NCBI GenBank assembly: GCA_963778115.1
Contig: CAVZSV010000005.1
Location: forward strand, 480,001 to 544,000
Length of the DNA: 64,000 nt
Direction: 5' to 3'
Source of the DNA: an uncultured delta proteobacterium
GTDB taxonomy: Bacteria; Bdellovibrionota; FAC87; UBA2466
The notes below the pieces were generated by a model, which searched no databases, was not told the origin of the DNA, and saw only the letters and a program-made list of their open reading frames with translations. Shown in pieces: positions 40,967 through 51,400 of this stretch; position 1 is the stretch's first letter, and every line of letters begins with the position of its first letter. Made by a program: the position numbers and the translations under genes.

Positions 40967-42247
40967 TTAAGGTGAAGTGACGGTGTTTGCCCACGTCACG
41001 ATAAGAGCCGCGTTGGCCGCGGATATAATTTTTCCGCCGGGATGTTCGTTACCCGTGTCCAGCTCGGCATTTTCAAACAACGGCGATGTCGCAACGTTGG
41101 CCCCTAGATTTAGTTCATTAAGCACATTGGTTCGGTTTTGCGTCGCAGTCAGCGTCGTCGAATAGATAAAGCCGTTGCCCTGAGTAGGAGAGTGGCAGCT
41201 TTGGCAGTTTCCCGCGGTTAAAATAGGAATGACTGAACTAGTGAACAACGCCAGGTCCGCTGGGGGAGTCGTTGTGGGAGGCGGAGTGGTAACAGGGCTA
41301 GTGGCAGCCCCCGAGGTGAAACTAATCCCTAAACCCAAAATATCTCCCGAAGTGCCTAAAGAGGCAATGCTAGAAGTAGAAGAAGTGAGAGTCACAGGAC
41401 TCGTTGTCGCCGCCGCCAAAGTATAGCTTGTCGTCGCAAAATCGTTATCCACTACGGTAGTGGTATTGCCCGAATTGCTCATCGTGAATTGCAGACCGTT
41501 AATCTTAAGAGGAGTCGTACTAATCAATTGAAGGTTACTAATCTCGTAAGCCCCTGGAGTCGTCAATGCTCCCGAAGCGGAGACAACGGTATTAGCGGTA
41601 CGGGTTAAGGTAACGTTGATAGAAGTTCCGATTTGCCCAGCGTCCGCGAGCGGAAAGTTCAGTACTACAGCGGATCCCGGCAGAGTGGTAAGACCGCTCG
41701 CCAGGGCGGCAGCGCTAATAGTCACAGAGCCGGCGCTTACATAGGTGAGATTACTCCCCCCCGTTGGAGTCGTGCACATCGAAGCGTATTGGGTCGTGTA
41801 TTCATTGTAGGAGACTTCCGCCTGAACCCAGCTCGAAATGTCCTGGTTCAGTTTGCTGCCTGGTGTACATAAAGAATTGCCGCAGTGACCGTCTGTGGTT
41901 CTGCCCCCAAAAGTGACATCGGGAGCGGAGCTTAGAGGATTTAAGATCCCCTTTAGGAAGGAATAAGATTGCGCTGGGTTTGGATAAATGTAAGTAGTCG
42001 CCGCCGCATTAGCGCCTCCGGCATGACAGGTAGTGCAAGTCGTAGTGGGCGAAGTCACATCCGAATAAACGGACTCGGAAAATACCGTTTCCGGAACGGC
42101 CGGAGTCGTCATGGAACAAACCGCAAGCCCACCACTCTTAAGTAAAGCGTTACAACCAGAAAGACCTACCGTGAGAAAGGACAACAAAATCGCTAACCGA
42201 CATGTGGAAATTTTTTTCAAGATAACAGAGATCAAAGCGAAACTCAT
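40967..42247 (-). CDS. Thr/Ser-rich lipoprotein c-type cytochrome (2 CxxCH)
   Basis: Lipobox LSG-C; CTTCH and CQSCH; HPGG near the C-terminus. Confidence 0.75.
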   Translation of the reverse strand: MSFALISVILKKISTCRLAILLSFLTVGLSGCNALLKSGGLAVCSMTTPAVPETVFSESVYSDVTSPTTTCTTCHAGGANAAATTYIYPNPAQSYSFLKGILNPLSSAPDVTFGGRTTDGHCGNSLCTPGSKLNQDISSWVQAEVSYNEYTTQYASMCTTPTGGSNLTYVSAGSVTISAAALASGLTTLPGSAVVLNFPLADAGQIGTSINVTLTRTANTVVSASGALTTPGAYEISNLQLISTTPLKINGLQFTMSNSGNTTTVVDNDFATTSYTLAAATTSPVTLTSSTSSIASLGTSGDILGLGISFTSGAATSPVTTPPPTTTPPADLALFTSSVIPILTAGNCQSCHSPTQGNGFIYSTTLTATQNRTNVLNELNLGANVATSPLFENAELDTGNEHPGGKIISAANAALIVTWANTVTSP

Positions 42248-42714
42248 GCCAGAATCGCCCCCTTTCCGTCTTTTTTGCGAAGCCCTAAGTTTTCCGAACG
42301 GACTTTTATTCTTACGACAGGGAAATTAAGGGCTTAGAACTTCATCGCCAATACCATTTAGGCGTAAAATTAAGTGGAAAACTATCTGACGAAGCCCTCT
42401 GTTCTAGCCAACTCTCCAAAAAATAGACAGATCGAGCAGGCGATCTAAACAAAGTCCCACCGGGTCAGACACTTACTCTAGCTACTTCTTGGACACCGAA
42501 CCGGTGACACTCTTCGAGCCAGATTAAGTCTCTTGAATGTCTTTGCTTCCGACAAATATGAAGACTGTGGTGTCTAAATATTGTCCTGCCGACTTTGTCA
42601 GTGAAACTACATTTTGATGTGACGCGTCATGTCTTTTCGCTGTCATTGCGGAATGGTTGCTCGTAGAATAGCTCCAATATTTAAAAATAGTCTTCGATTT
42701 CAAGTAATTTAGTA

Positions 42715-44034
42715 ATGAAACGTCCTTCGAAACGTACCTCTAAAACGCTGGGCCCCCTCCTCTCGTTCTGCCTGATTTACCTTTTGTGCTTTTCGATCTG
42801 TGTATGCACTCGGGGCAACGCCCAATCGTTTGCGGGCTCACAACAGAAGTCGGCAAATCTATTGTTAGCGGAAACAGAAGGGGCTTCGGCATCTGAGGAA
42901 CCACCACCGCCCCCAGAGACACCTCCCGCTGCTCCCGTAAGAAAAAAGAGAAAGAAAAAAGAGGTCGCTCCTGCCGATGATGGATCCATCGATCTATCGG
43001 CCGCCGATGCGCCCACGAATGAGCCCGCCCCCTCCTCCTCAAGCGCCTCCTACCATCATGGAGGGGGCTCAAATTCGGAGCCCCATTTTAGCGCCTACTT
43101 TGATTTGCTCTTGGCCGATCAGCCGGGAAAGTCGGGATTTACTTTCGAGAACTTCCATCCCCTTTTGCTCTTTGAGATTGTCCCCACCTCCGATCTCATG
43201 TTCTCTTTTGAAGTAAACCCAAGTCCGCGCTATTTCGAGTTGGACTATACGGCAGCCAGTTGGCTGCAAGTTCGGCTCGGCAAAATCTGGATCCCCTTTG
43301 ACGACATGAATCCCCACAATCTGTTTGGCGGCATCGTGACCGCCAGTCGGATGCGTGTCATCGACATTGCTTATCTTCCCGACATTTGGACCGATTTGGG
43401 AGTAGGAGCGAAACTAACGCTGCTTGAATCTCGTAGTCTTAATCTAGACGCGCAACTTTACGTGGTGAATGGTTTCGGGAATCAAGGAGCTCAGCCCCAA
43501 GGTCTCTCCCAGCAAGTGGACTACCCGAACTTCTCCGATATTGCTCCGTTTCAAACGGATAATAATACCGACAAAGCTTTCGGTGGAAGATTTCACGCTT
43601 TAATCAGTCAAATTTGGGGAGTGGGCTTCTCCTTCTACTCCGGGCGCTGGACTACCGACGCCGAAGCGAATAAACGCGTTAACATGTTTGGATTTGACTC
43701 TCAGCTACGGCTCGGAAGAAACCAGATTAAGCTTGGCCTTTCCACAATGCACGTTGACCTTTTGAGTGGCGGCTCTTTCAATCGAAACGGCGACTACATC
43801 GAGTTTAGTCGAAAAATGGGATCGGCTGATCAGTGGACCGCTTTCACTCGAGCGGGATGGATTGACGACGATGATAGGATCGTTGACGAAAATAATGTCT
43901 TTACCGTTGGCGGCGGACTTAAGTGGAAACCCAGCGTGGTCTCTTTTTCATTGGAGTACTATCGCGACCTTCACCATGTCGACGCGAAGGTCGGTTACGA
44001 TTTCATCTTCCTACGAACGGTTGTCCAGCTGTAA
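42715..44034 (+). CDS. Outer-membrane beta-barrel/porin-like protein
   Basis: Signal peptide, Pro/Lys linker, amphipathic strands, RLG...IPF, DNN..KAFGGR. Confidence 0.75.
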   Translation: MKRPSKRTSKTLGPLLSFCLIYLLCFSICVCTRGNAQSFAGSQQKSANLLLAETEGASASEEPPPPPETPPAAPVRKKRKKKEVAPADDGSIDLSAADAPTNEPAPSSSSASYHHGGGSNSEPHFSAYFDLLLADQPGKSGFTFENFHPLLLFEIVPTSDLMFSFEVNPSPRYFELDYTAASWLQVRLGKIWIPFDDMNPHNLFGGIVTASRMRVIDIAYLPDIWTDLGVGAKLTLLESRSLNLDAQLYVVNGFGNQGAQPQGLSQQVDYPNFSDIAPFQTDNNTDKAFGGRFHALISQIWGVGFSFYSGRWTTDAEANKRVNMFGFDSQLRLGRNQIKLGLSTMHVDLLSGGSFNRNGDYIEFSRKMGSADQWTAFTRAGWIDDDDRIVDENNVFTVGGGLKWKPSVVSFSLEYYRDLHHVDAKVGYDFIFLRTVVQL

Positions 44035-44041
44035 CGCAAAC

Positions 44042-44599
44042 CTAAGACGGATTAACCGCCGTCGACTCCAGAAACTGAAGCAGCATAGGATTTACCGCGA
44101 TATTTTTTTCGGATCGGAGTGAGTCCTCGGAGACTCCGTAAACGGAAGCCAATACGTCCAAGAACTCGTCGGCCAAGATGAGATACACCTTTGTCCCACT
44201 GCACGTCTCTCCGGCAGCGGCCCTCGCCTCGGCCTCCCCTTCTTTGACCTTATCCTTTCGAGTGGGATCCAAGAATCCCAGGTTGAGGACCTTTCTTTGC
44301 CGCAAGAGCCCGGGCTGCATCTTATACCCCAAAGGGAGCATCCCAAATTTTAGCAACGCATCGGGAGAAAGTAGATTTCGAGTCACTTGAGGAAAATACC
44401 GCGGGTTGAGATGAAAAAAATCGATATCGTAACCCACGTCCAGTGCGGGAACCGCGGTTTCCGTCTTAAGCATTCCCAAATGAACCGCCGCATCGCCAAA
44501 TCGGAGCCCCGTCGCGCGCGCATGGCGCAAGACATCTCCGACCTGTTTCTCCGTCAGGACACCAAGTTCAATTAAAAATTCGCCGATTTTTTTTGACAT
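44042..44599 (-). CDS. Stand-alone MshEN / GspE-N domain protein
   Basis: KIGEFLIELGVLTEKQV..VL and RFGDAAVHLGML tandem motifs; no ATPase domain. Confidence 0.7.
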   Translation of the reverse strand: MSKKIGEFLIELGVLTEKQVGDVLRHARATGLRFGDAAVHLGMLKTETAVPALDVGYDIDFFHLNPRYFPQVTRNLLSPDALLKFGMLPLGYKMQPGLLRQRKVLNLGFLDPTRKDKVKEGEAEARAAAGETCSGTKVYLILADEFLDVLASVYGVSEDSLRSEKNIAVNPMLLQFLESTAVNPS

Positions 44600-44966
44600 T
44601 GTTTTTTCCGAGTAGAATTAAAGTGTAACGGCCCACCCCAGAATGGGAAAGAGAAAAAACTGAGTACAATTAGGAGCTCCCCTTAGGGGCGTCTTAGGGT
44701 TGAAGGCGCAAGAAAGACAGTCCGCTTTTTATCGGCGATAACAAAAATTACCAAGCTAGTCACTGTCCAAAACCTCGGCAAAGGCCGCCTCTTAGCTTCC
44801 CAAATTCAACCCTTTACGCGAAACTCGCTTCCAATTCCCCCGCTGTCTAAGTTTCAGCCAGCTCACCCCCTTGAAACCTTAGAGAAAACATAATATCAGG
44901 CACGCGCTGTCAATAAGTTCGTCATCTGCTTAGACTCGCTTCGCTTGGCTACAGGCTGGATAGCTT

Positions 44967-44982
44967 TGGCACGAACCATGCT
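44967..44982 (+). promoter_or_regulatory. sigma54 promoter
   Basis: TGGCACGAACCATGCT, GG-N10-GC, 47 nt upstream of ATG 45029. Confidence 0.7.
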
Positions 44983-45028
44983 CGTTATTTCATAAAGTCT
45001 TTTGGTCACTATTGAGAACAAGAGCCCC

Positions 45029-45838
45029 ATGATTGCAAAATCTTACACTTGCCGCGTTTTAGATAATACTTGGATTACTCCAACCGTATTTCGTCTTCGC
45101 TTTCAAACTCTCAAGAAAATGCCATTTCAACCCGGGCAATTTGTAAGTGTGGTGGTACCGGGAAATTCCAGTAATTTGGAAACGGTGAAGCGCTGTTACT
45201 CGCTGGCCTCAGCACCCATTGAAGCTACCAAGAGCGGTTACTACGAACTCTGCGTCAAATACGTTAACGCAGGACGAGGAACCGCTTATCTGGCCTCTCT
45301 TTCCGTGGGAGCTGATTTTCAAGTCTATGGGCCTTACGGCCACATGCAATACCATCCGGTGCAGGAAGATAGATCGGTCTGTTTTATCAGCACGGGAACC
45401 GGGATTGCCCCTTTGCGATCGATCATTTGTTCAGGAGAGTTTCAATCAGCTCGTCCTAAAGACGTTCTTAATATTGTCGGAGTTCGCACTGAAGACGAAG
45501 TGTTGTATGCGGAGGATTTTTCGAGGGTAAAAGTTAGGACAATCTATGCGGTTTCAAAACCAAGCCCTACGTGGAACGGCTTCCGAGGTCGCGTGACAGA
45601 TTTTCTGCAAACTCTGCCCAGCTCCTGGAATTGGTATTCTACGGATTTCTATATCTGCGGAAGCGGAGAGATGGTTAATGAAGTAAGTCAATTTTTAGTA
45701 GGTGCCCGAGGTGTCTCGCAGAAAGCGCTCTGTAAAGAGGCTTTTACTCCCTCGCAGCCAGCAAAACCCAATTCGAAAAAAGAGGGCCAACCGAAGACCT
45801 CGGAAATCATCTCCCTCAAAATAAAACAGGTCGCTTAA
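45029..45838 (+). CDS. FAD/NAD(P)-binding oxidoreductase (FNR-like)
   Basis: PGQF, RCYS, G.GT, GP.G, GTGIAP, GRVT, YICG; start may be 45002. Confidence 0.88.
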   Translation: MIAKSYTCRVLDNTWITPTVFRLRFQTLKKMPFQPGQFVSVVVPGNSSNLETVKRCYSLASAPIEATKSGYYELCVKYVNAGRGTAYLASLSVGADFQVYGPYGHMQYHPVQEDRSVCFISTGTGIAPLRSIICSGEFQSARPKDVLNIVGVRTEDEVLYAEDFSRVKVRTIYAVSKPSPTWNGFRGRVTDFLQTLPSSWNWYSTDFYICGSGEMVNEVSQFLVGARGVSQKALCKEAFTPSQPAKPNSKKEGQPKTSEIISLKIKQVA

Positions 45839-47487
45839 AACTCCATGACCACGCGAAACGCGGCATAATCGTAATTTATCTTGATCGGAATGGGATTAAG
45901 GTCGCGACTGTATTCCAGAGACAACTGTACGGGACCTGGTTTGTAGAGAATGGCACCTCCCACGATGGTCATGTCAGTCACATCGGTCACTCGGCTGTCG
46001 TTTTGAACTTGCCCCCCTCGAAGCAGTACCTTCCATATCCCAAATGTCTGCCCTAGCTCCGCGTAATAGCCACCTCTATAAAAATACCCAAGACTATAGG
46101 GCAATTCGACATTCATATAAACATACCCGGTGCGAAACTCCGTGGTATCCGACAGACGCAACTGAGCGTCGACACCCAACATCCACAGGGCTGCGGAGGC
46201 AATACTTTGGCTCGTATAAACGTCATAATAGGCCGAGGTTCCGAACGAAAAGACATTCTTGAATAGGTCCATTGAGAAACGGCCGCCCACGGCTTTGGCA
46301 TTATTATTGTCGCTTGTGCCAATGCTTCCAAAGTTGGGATAGGAAGGAGATCTACCCAGGGGATCGACGGCTTGCTGATCTCCAAATCCGTTAACGACAT
46401 AAAACTGAAGATCGGATTTAGTGTCGCGCTCGTCTAGCCAGCGATACTTAATGGCAACTCCAAGATCCGTCCAGATATCAGGAAGAAAAGACGTCCCCCC
46501 CACTGGAACAAGCTTCTGCACGTTCGCACGACCGCCGAAAAAGGAATGAGGGCCTAAATCGTCGAAAGGGATAAAGATGCGTCCCATCCTCAACGTAAAT
46601 TTGGGAAAAATGACGTAATCCAGTTCGTAGAAGCGCGGATTCGGATTTACTTCGACCGAGAAATAAATGTTATGAGAGGGAAGAAAATCGATGAACAGAA
46701 TATTGTGATAGGTATCGAAGGTCAGCGGAGGCGTTATTCCCGGCCGATACGTAAGAAGCCAATCAAAGAGAACTCGAAAGTGCGGTTTGAATTTTGACGG
46801 CGCGTGGAACGAATTAACTACGTTATTGTCCTCGATGGGCTTAGACGTCTCGTCTTTTGCCGTTACGGTGGCGGTTGGTGTCGGTGGAGCTTCCACCTTA
46901 TCCAAATCGACGGGTCCATCTTCCTCTTTGGCCTCTTTCTCCGCTTTTTTGGAGGTCTTTTTCTTACTGACTTCGGCCTCTTTTTTAAGCGTCTCCGCGG
47001 GAACTTCGGGCGGCGGCGGAGGCTCGACTTCCGGTTTCGCCACCGAGACGCCCGCGTTCGTTTTGGACTTTTCCTCTCCTTCAGCGATATCAGGCGGAGG
47101 CTTTCCACTCAGATTAGTGGACAGTTCTACTAAGTCGCCCCTTTGGACGCGATGATGGGCCCGGTAGTCGAACTTGATGACAGCCCCTTTAGGGCCTACT
47201 TTGATTACATATCCGCAAGCAAGTTCATCGTCGCCTCTGACGACACAGGCATAATCCTTCAGCTTCCAATTGCGCGACGGATCGTGAGAAATGGCCGCCA
47301 TGGATTGCCTGGGATCTACTTTAAGAACCTCGGCGGCAAAAAGAGGTAAAAAGGTTACAGCGGAGAAAACTGAAATAATAAAGAGGGAGCGAGACCTCAT
47401 CCGATTGCCGGCTCTCATCAAAATAACTAAGAAATAGAAAAACTTAACTCCGGTAAATATAGCGTGAAGAGAACGGGAATGCATCAT
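45835..47487 (-). CDS. Outer-membrane beta-barrel/porin-like protein, paralog of 42715-44034
   Basis: Shares EVNP.PR..ELDY, IPFDD..PH..FGG, LPDIWTDLG, YVVNGFG; terminal Phe; start probably 47400. Confidence 0.75.
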   Translation of the reverse strand: MMHSRSLHAIFTGVKFFYFLVILMRAGNRMRSRSLFIISVFSAVTFLPLFAAEVLKVDPRQSMAAISHDPSRNWKLKDYACVVRGDDELACGYVIKVGPKGAVIKFDYRAHHRVQRGDLVELSTNLSGKPPPDIAEGEEKSKTNAGVSVAKPEVEPPPPPEVPAETLKKEAEVSKKKTSKKAEKEAKEEDGPVDLDKVEAPPTPTATVTAKDETSKPIEDNNVVNSFHAPSKFKPHFRVLFDWLLTYRPGITPPLTFDTYHNILFIDFLPSHNIYFSVEVNPNPRFYELDYVIFPKFTLRMGRIFIPFDDLGPHSFFGGRANVQKLVPVGGTSFLPDIWTDLGVAIKYRWLDERDTKSDLQFYVVNGFGDQQAVDPLGRSPSYPNFGSIGTSDNNNAKAVGGRFSMDLFKNVFSFGTSAYYDVYTSQSIASAALWMLGVDAQLRLSDTTEFRTGYVYMNVELPYSLGYFYRGGYYAELGQTFGIWKVLLRGGQVQNDSRVTDVTDMTIVGGAILYKPGPVQLSLEYSRDLNPIPIKINYDYAAFRVVMEF

Positions 47488-47759
47488 TTCTTCTTCTGGG
47501 CTGCTGGGCCGGGGAAAAGGCCGCTATGTTCCTTTCAAAAGTCGTTACCTATATTTTTCATAGCTCTAACCATTCGAATATTTGAGCTATTTTCAGCACC
47601 CCAAGATGAACTATTGAAATTTTGACTCAAAGCGCATTAAACTCCCGTTCCAAAGTCGTACATCTTGACCAATTCGACCCTTACTGTCGTTCGTGGAGGC
47701 CTAGCCGAAATCTCTAAGATGTCGGATAAGCCCGTGAAAAGTTGCTTAAAGAGGTAAAA

Positions 47760-48452
47760 ATGGAAAACCACGCAGACTATACGATTACTGTCGATGACGA
47801 TCCCATGGTCCACCGAATCGTGGAACGGGCCACCCGGATGAAATCGGTTCCCTTCACTTCGGGGAAAGCTCTCCTGGGTGAAATTACCCAACACCAGCCT
47901 TCCGCTGTCTTTGTCGATATCCATCTAGGGGTTGAAGATTCAGGCCTTCATTTGATTCCCGAACTTCGCGAGCGATGGCCGTTCGTTCCGATCATTATCA
48001 TTACTAGTGATCCCAGCGAAGACGCAGTGAGTGAGGCGTTGGCTTGCGGTGCCGATGATTTTGTCACCAAACCCCTGCGTTCTCAGGAGCTTCTTGCGCG
48101 ATTGCAGGCCCGTCTCACGGATCAATCGTTAAAAGAAGCGAAACAAGCTTTTCATTTAGGAAATCTCGTTTTTGATAGCTCTCATCGTTTGCTAACCGGA
48201 CCCGGTGGCTATAGATACTTATCGACGACTGAGACGAACCTCTTACTTTGCTTGCTTCAAGCCAAAGGCTCCATTGTCCTGCGCGATACATTGAAGCTGC
48301 GCTGTTGGGGTCCCCTTAAGGTGAGTGACGGAGCTTTAGATTGTAAGATCTTCGAAGTCCGACGAGCTTTGGAAGAGATTGGTGGAAACACGACCATCAA
48401 GACCGCTTATGGTGTGGGTTTCGGACTTACGATCCAGCAAGAAGCCGTCTAA
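47760..48452 (+). CDS. OmpR-family response regulator
   Basis: Receiver (VDDD, D, GADDF.TKP) plus winged helix (TAYGVGF); GAGG SD. Confidence 0.88.
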   Translation: MENHADYTITVDDDPMVHRIVERATRMKSVPFTSGKALLGEITQHQPSAVFVDIHLGVEDSGLHLIPELRERWPFVPIIIITSDPSEDAVSEALACGADDFVTKPLRSQELLARLQARLTDQSLKEAKQAFHLGNLVFDSSHRLLTGPGGYRYLSTTETNLLLCLLQAKGSIVLRDTLKLRCWGPLKVSDGALDCKIFEVRRALEEIGGNTTIKTAYGVGFGLTIQQEAV

Positions 48453-48480
48453 AAGTTCGAATTTCGGTAATGGGTGACAT

Positions 48481-51400
48481 TTGAGCTACCAGGAGAAGAT
48501 TCAAGACGATAGGCGTCCGCTTAACGTTTTGCTCATCGAGGACAACCCCGGGGACGCTCGGCTTGTCCAAGAAGCACTGCTACATAACCCCTCAGGGTTA
48601 GACTTCAATATCAAATTAACCGGAAGACTGGGCGAAGGTCTCCAATGGCTACGCGCTAATCCCGTTGACGTCATCCTGCTCGATCTTAATCTTCCGGATA
48701 GCTTCGGTTTTGAAACCTTCTCCAATGTCCACGAACAGTTTCCCGACCTGCCCGTCGTCGTCTTAAGTGGAGAAGGGACCGAGGACCTAGCGATTAAGAC
48801 AGTAGACGCGGGAGCCCAAGACTACCTCTTTAAAGACTCGCTCACCAACCACTCTCTCGTAGTGAGAATGATCCGTTATGCCGTGGGTAGATACCGCATC
48901 CGAAAGCAGCTAAAGGTTACCGAAGATAGACTACGTACCGTAATTGAAAGTACCTCCGATGGGCTGATTATCGTCGATTTACAGGGTAAAATACGTTTCG
49001 CAAATCGTGCTGCCGAACTTCTTCTGGAATCCAGTACCGACGCCCTCATCGACAAACCCTTTCCCTTTCCTATCAAAACCGAAGAAGAGGTGGAAGTTAC
49101 CCTTAATCATTCTACTCATCGACGAGTTTTACTCGCCATCCGCACGACTCGAACTCAATGGGACGATAAAAACGCTTACTGTGCTTCCTTGCGCAATGTG
49201 ACCGAAAGAGTCCAGGCGGAAGAGGCATTGGTCCGAAGTGAACAGCGGCTTAGAATGGTTGTGTCCAACATTCCAGTAGTTTTATTCGCTTTGGATACCA
49301 CCGGAAAGGTGACCTTACTCGAAGGAAAGGGGCTTCACTCGCTTTCGATCGGAGCCGATCGGATCCTCGGAAAAAATATTTTTGATTTCACCAAGAAGGA
49401 TTCGCCTTTTGAAAAGGATCTTTCTAGAGCTCTTAACGGAGAAGAATTTACTTCGGAAGTGGAAACACGCCTGGGACGCCGATTAGAGACGATGTACTCG
49501 CCCGTCTTAGATGCTTCCGGCCGACCCACTGGCGTTATCGGAATTTGTTTAGACATTACCGAGCGCACGGAGATGGAAGAGGCCATAAAGCTTGAGCGTC
49601 AGAGACTTTATCGGATCGTATCGGAAGCCCCTATTGCCATGGCCGTGGTGGATAGGGATCTTCGCTACGTGACCCATAGCAAGAAATGGCTCTCTGACTA
49701 TGCTCTGAGCGAACAAAATATCATCGGCAAGAGCCATCTAGAAGTGCTCCCTCATCTTGCCGAAAAGTGGGCTCCTATCCTCGCAGAAGCGTTCAAAGGA
49801 AAAGCGCTATCCAATTCAGATGACATTTTCTCGCTAGCAGACGGCTCCCCACTCCACTTGAGATGGGCACTGCATCCGCTCCAAGAGGCGGGAAAAGAGA
49901 CCACAGGTGTTGTGATCGTGACTGATGCGATTAACGAGCTCGTCGAAGCTAGAAAGACCGCGGAGCGTGCGGCAAGGCTAAAGTCCGAGTTCTTAGCTAA
50001 TATGAGTCACGAAATAAGAACTCCGATGAATGGGGTGATCGGAATGACGAGTCTGCTACTAGAGACCTCATTAACTCCAGAGCAGAGAGAATATACGGAG
50101 ACCATTCGAACCTCGGGCGAGCTGTTACTCAATCTAATAAACGATATTTTAGATTTTTCGAAGATCGAATCGGGCAAAGTAAGCTTGGAAGTGACCAGCT
50201 TTAACTTACAGAGTGTCATTGAAGAGACGATGGATCTTTTCTCAGACCATACGCGAAATAAGCCAGTATTTCTGACCAATCTAGTAAATCCTCACGTCCC
50301 CGAGTTGGTCCGGGGGGACCCCTGGCGGCTGCGTCAGATTCTCTCCAATCTCGTCGGTAATGCCATCAAGTTCACCGATAATGGTTATGTGGTTATCAGT
50401 GCCGAACTCGTCGAAACCAGAAGAGATGCTATCGCCATTCGCTTCGACATCAAAGACTCAGGCATCGGGATCGAATTAGACAAAATGGGGCAGCTTTTCC
50501 AATCCTTCTCCCAAGCTGATAGTTCGACCACTCGACGATTCGGAGGCACCGGCCTTGGCCTTGCGATCTCTAAAAGGCTTGTCGAACTCATGGGCGGTGA
50601 GATTGGCGTTACCAGTCACCCCGGGGAAGGGAGTCAATTTTGGTTTACCGTCTGGCTTACCAAAGAGTTGGGAGACCAACCTAGTTGGGCGTCCTCTTTC
50701 ACTTCTCTGGAGGAAAAAACTATCGCCGTGCTATCTAACGACGATGCCGTCCAAGTCAGCCTCGCCAACTCGTTAGCGTTAATGGGAACCCATGTAGTCA
50801 AAGGTGCCGTCAACAACCACTGCCTAACGGAAAAGAGTCTTGCCGAACTCTCGCGATCCCCGGTGACCGCCTGTGTGCTTGACGCTTCTACCGATCCGCA
50901 CTTCACGATGAAGCAGCTTTCAGAAATGGGACTAAGCGAAACGCGTTTGCTTGTCATCGTTCCCCCTGGCTTTGCGGGTGAGAGTGAATTTCCAGATTCC
51001 GTCGAATTCGTCCGCAAACCGATCCGGCAAACCGATCTCTATAAGACCTTAGCGCGGTTGATCCGCAATCAGAAACATCGCGAATTGAAACCTCGCTCCG
51101 ACCCCAGCACGGTAACACCGATAACCTATCCGACCGCCAAGGAGCCTCAAATTAGAGGACTCGTCTTGGTGGCCGAAGACAATATTGTAAATCAAAAGAT
51201 AGCCGTTCAAATGCTTAGCCGCTTGGGCTATCGCACCGACACGGTAGCCAATGGCCTAGAAGCCGCCGAAGCCGCCGAACGCATTCCCTACGATGCCATC
51301 CTCATGGATTGCCAAATGCCCGAAATGGATGGGTTCGAGGCCACCGCTAAAATCCGCAGTCGCGAGCGCGCCCTTGGCAAACACACTCCGATCATCGCCA

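Noticed and set aside
42646..42661. sigma54-like TTGCGGAATGGTTGCT before the first barrel gene
   Set aside because: The invariant GG at -24 reads TG.
44770..44830. c-di-GMP-I riboswitch-like GGCAAA...ACGCGAAAC near the MshEN gene
   Set aside because: No GNRA-capped stem or correct spacing.
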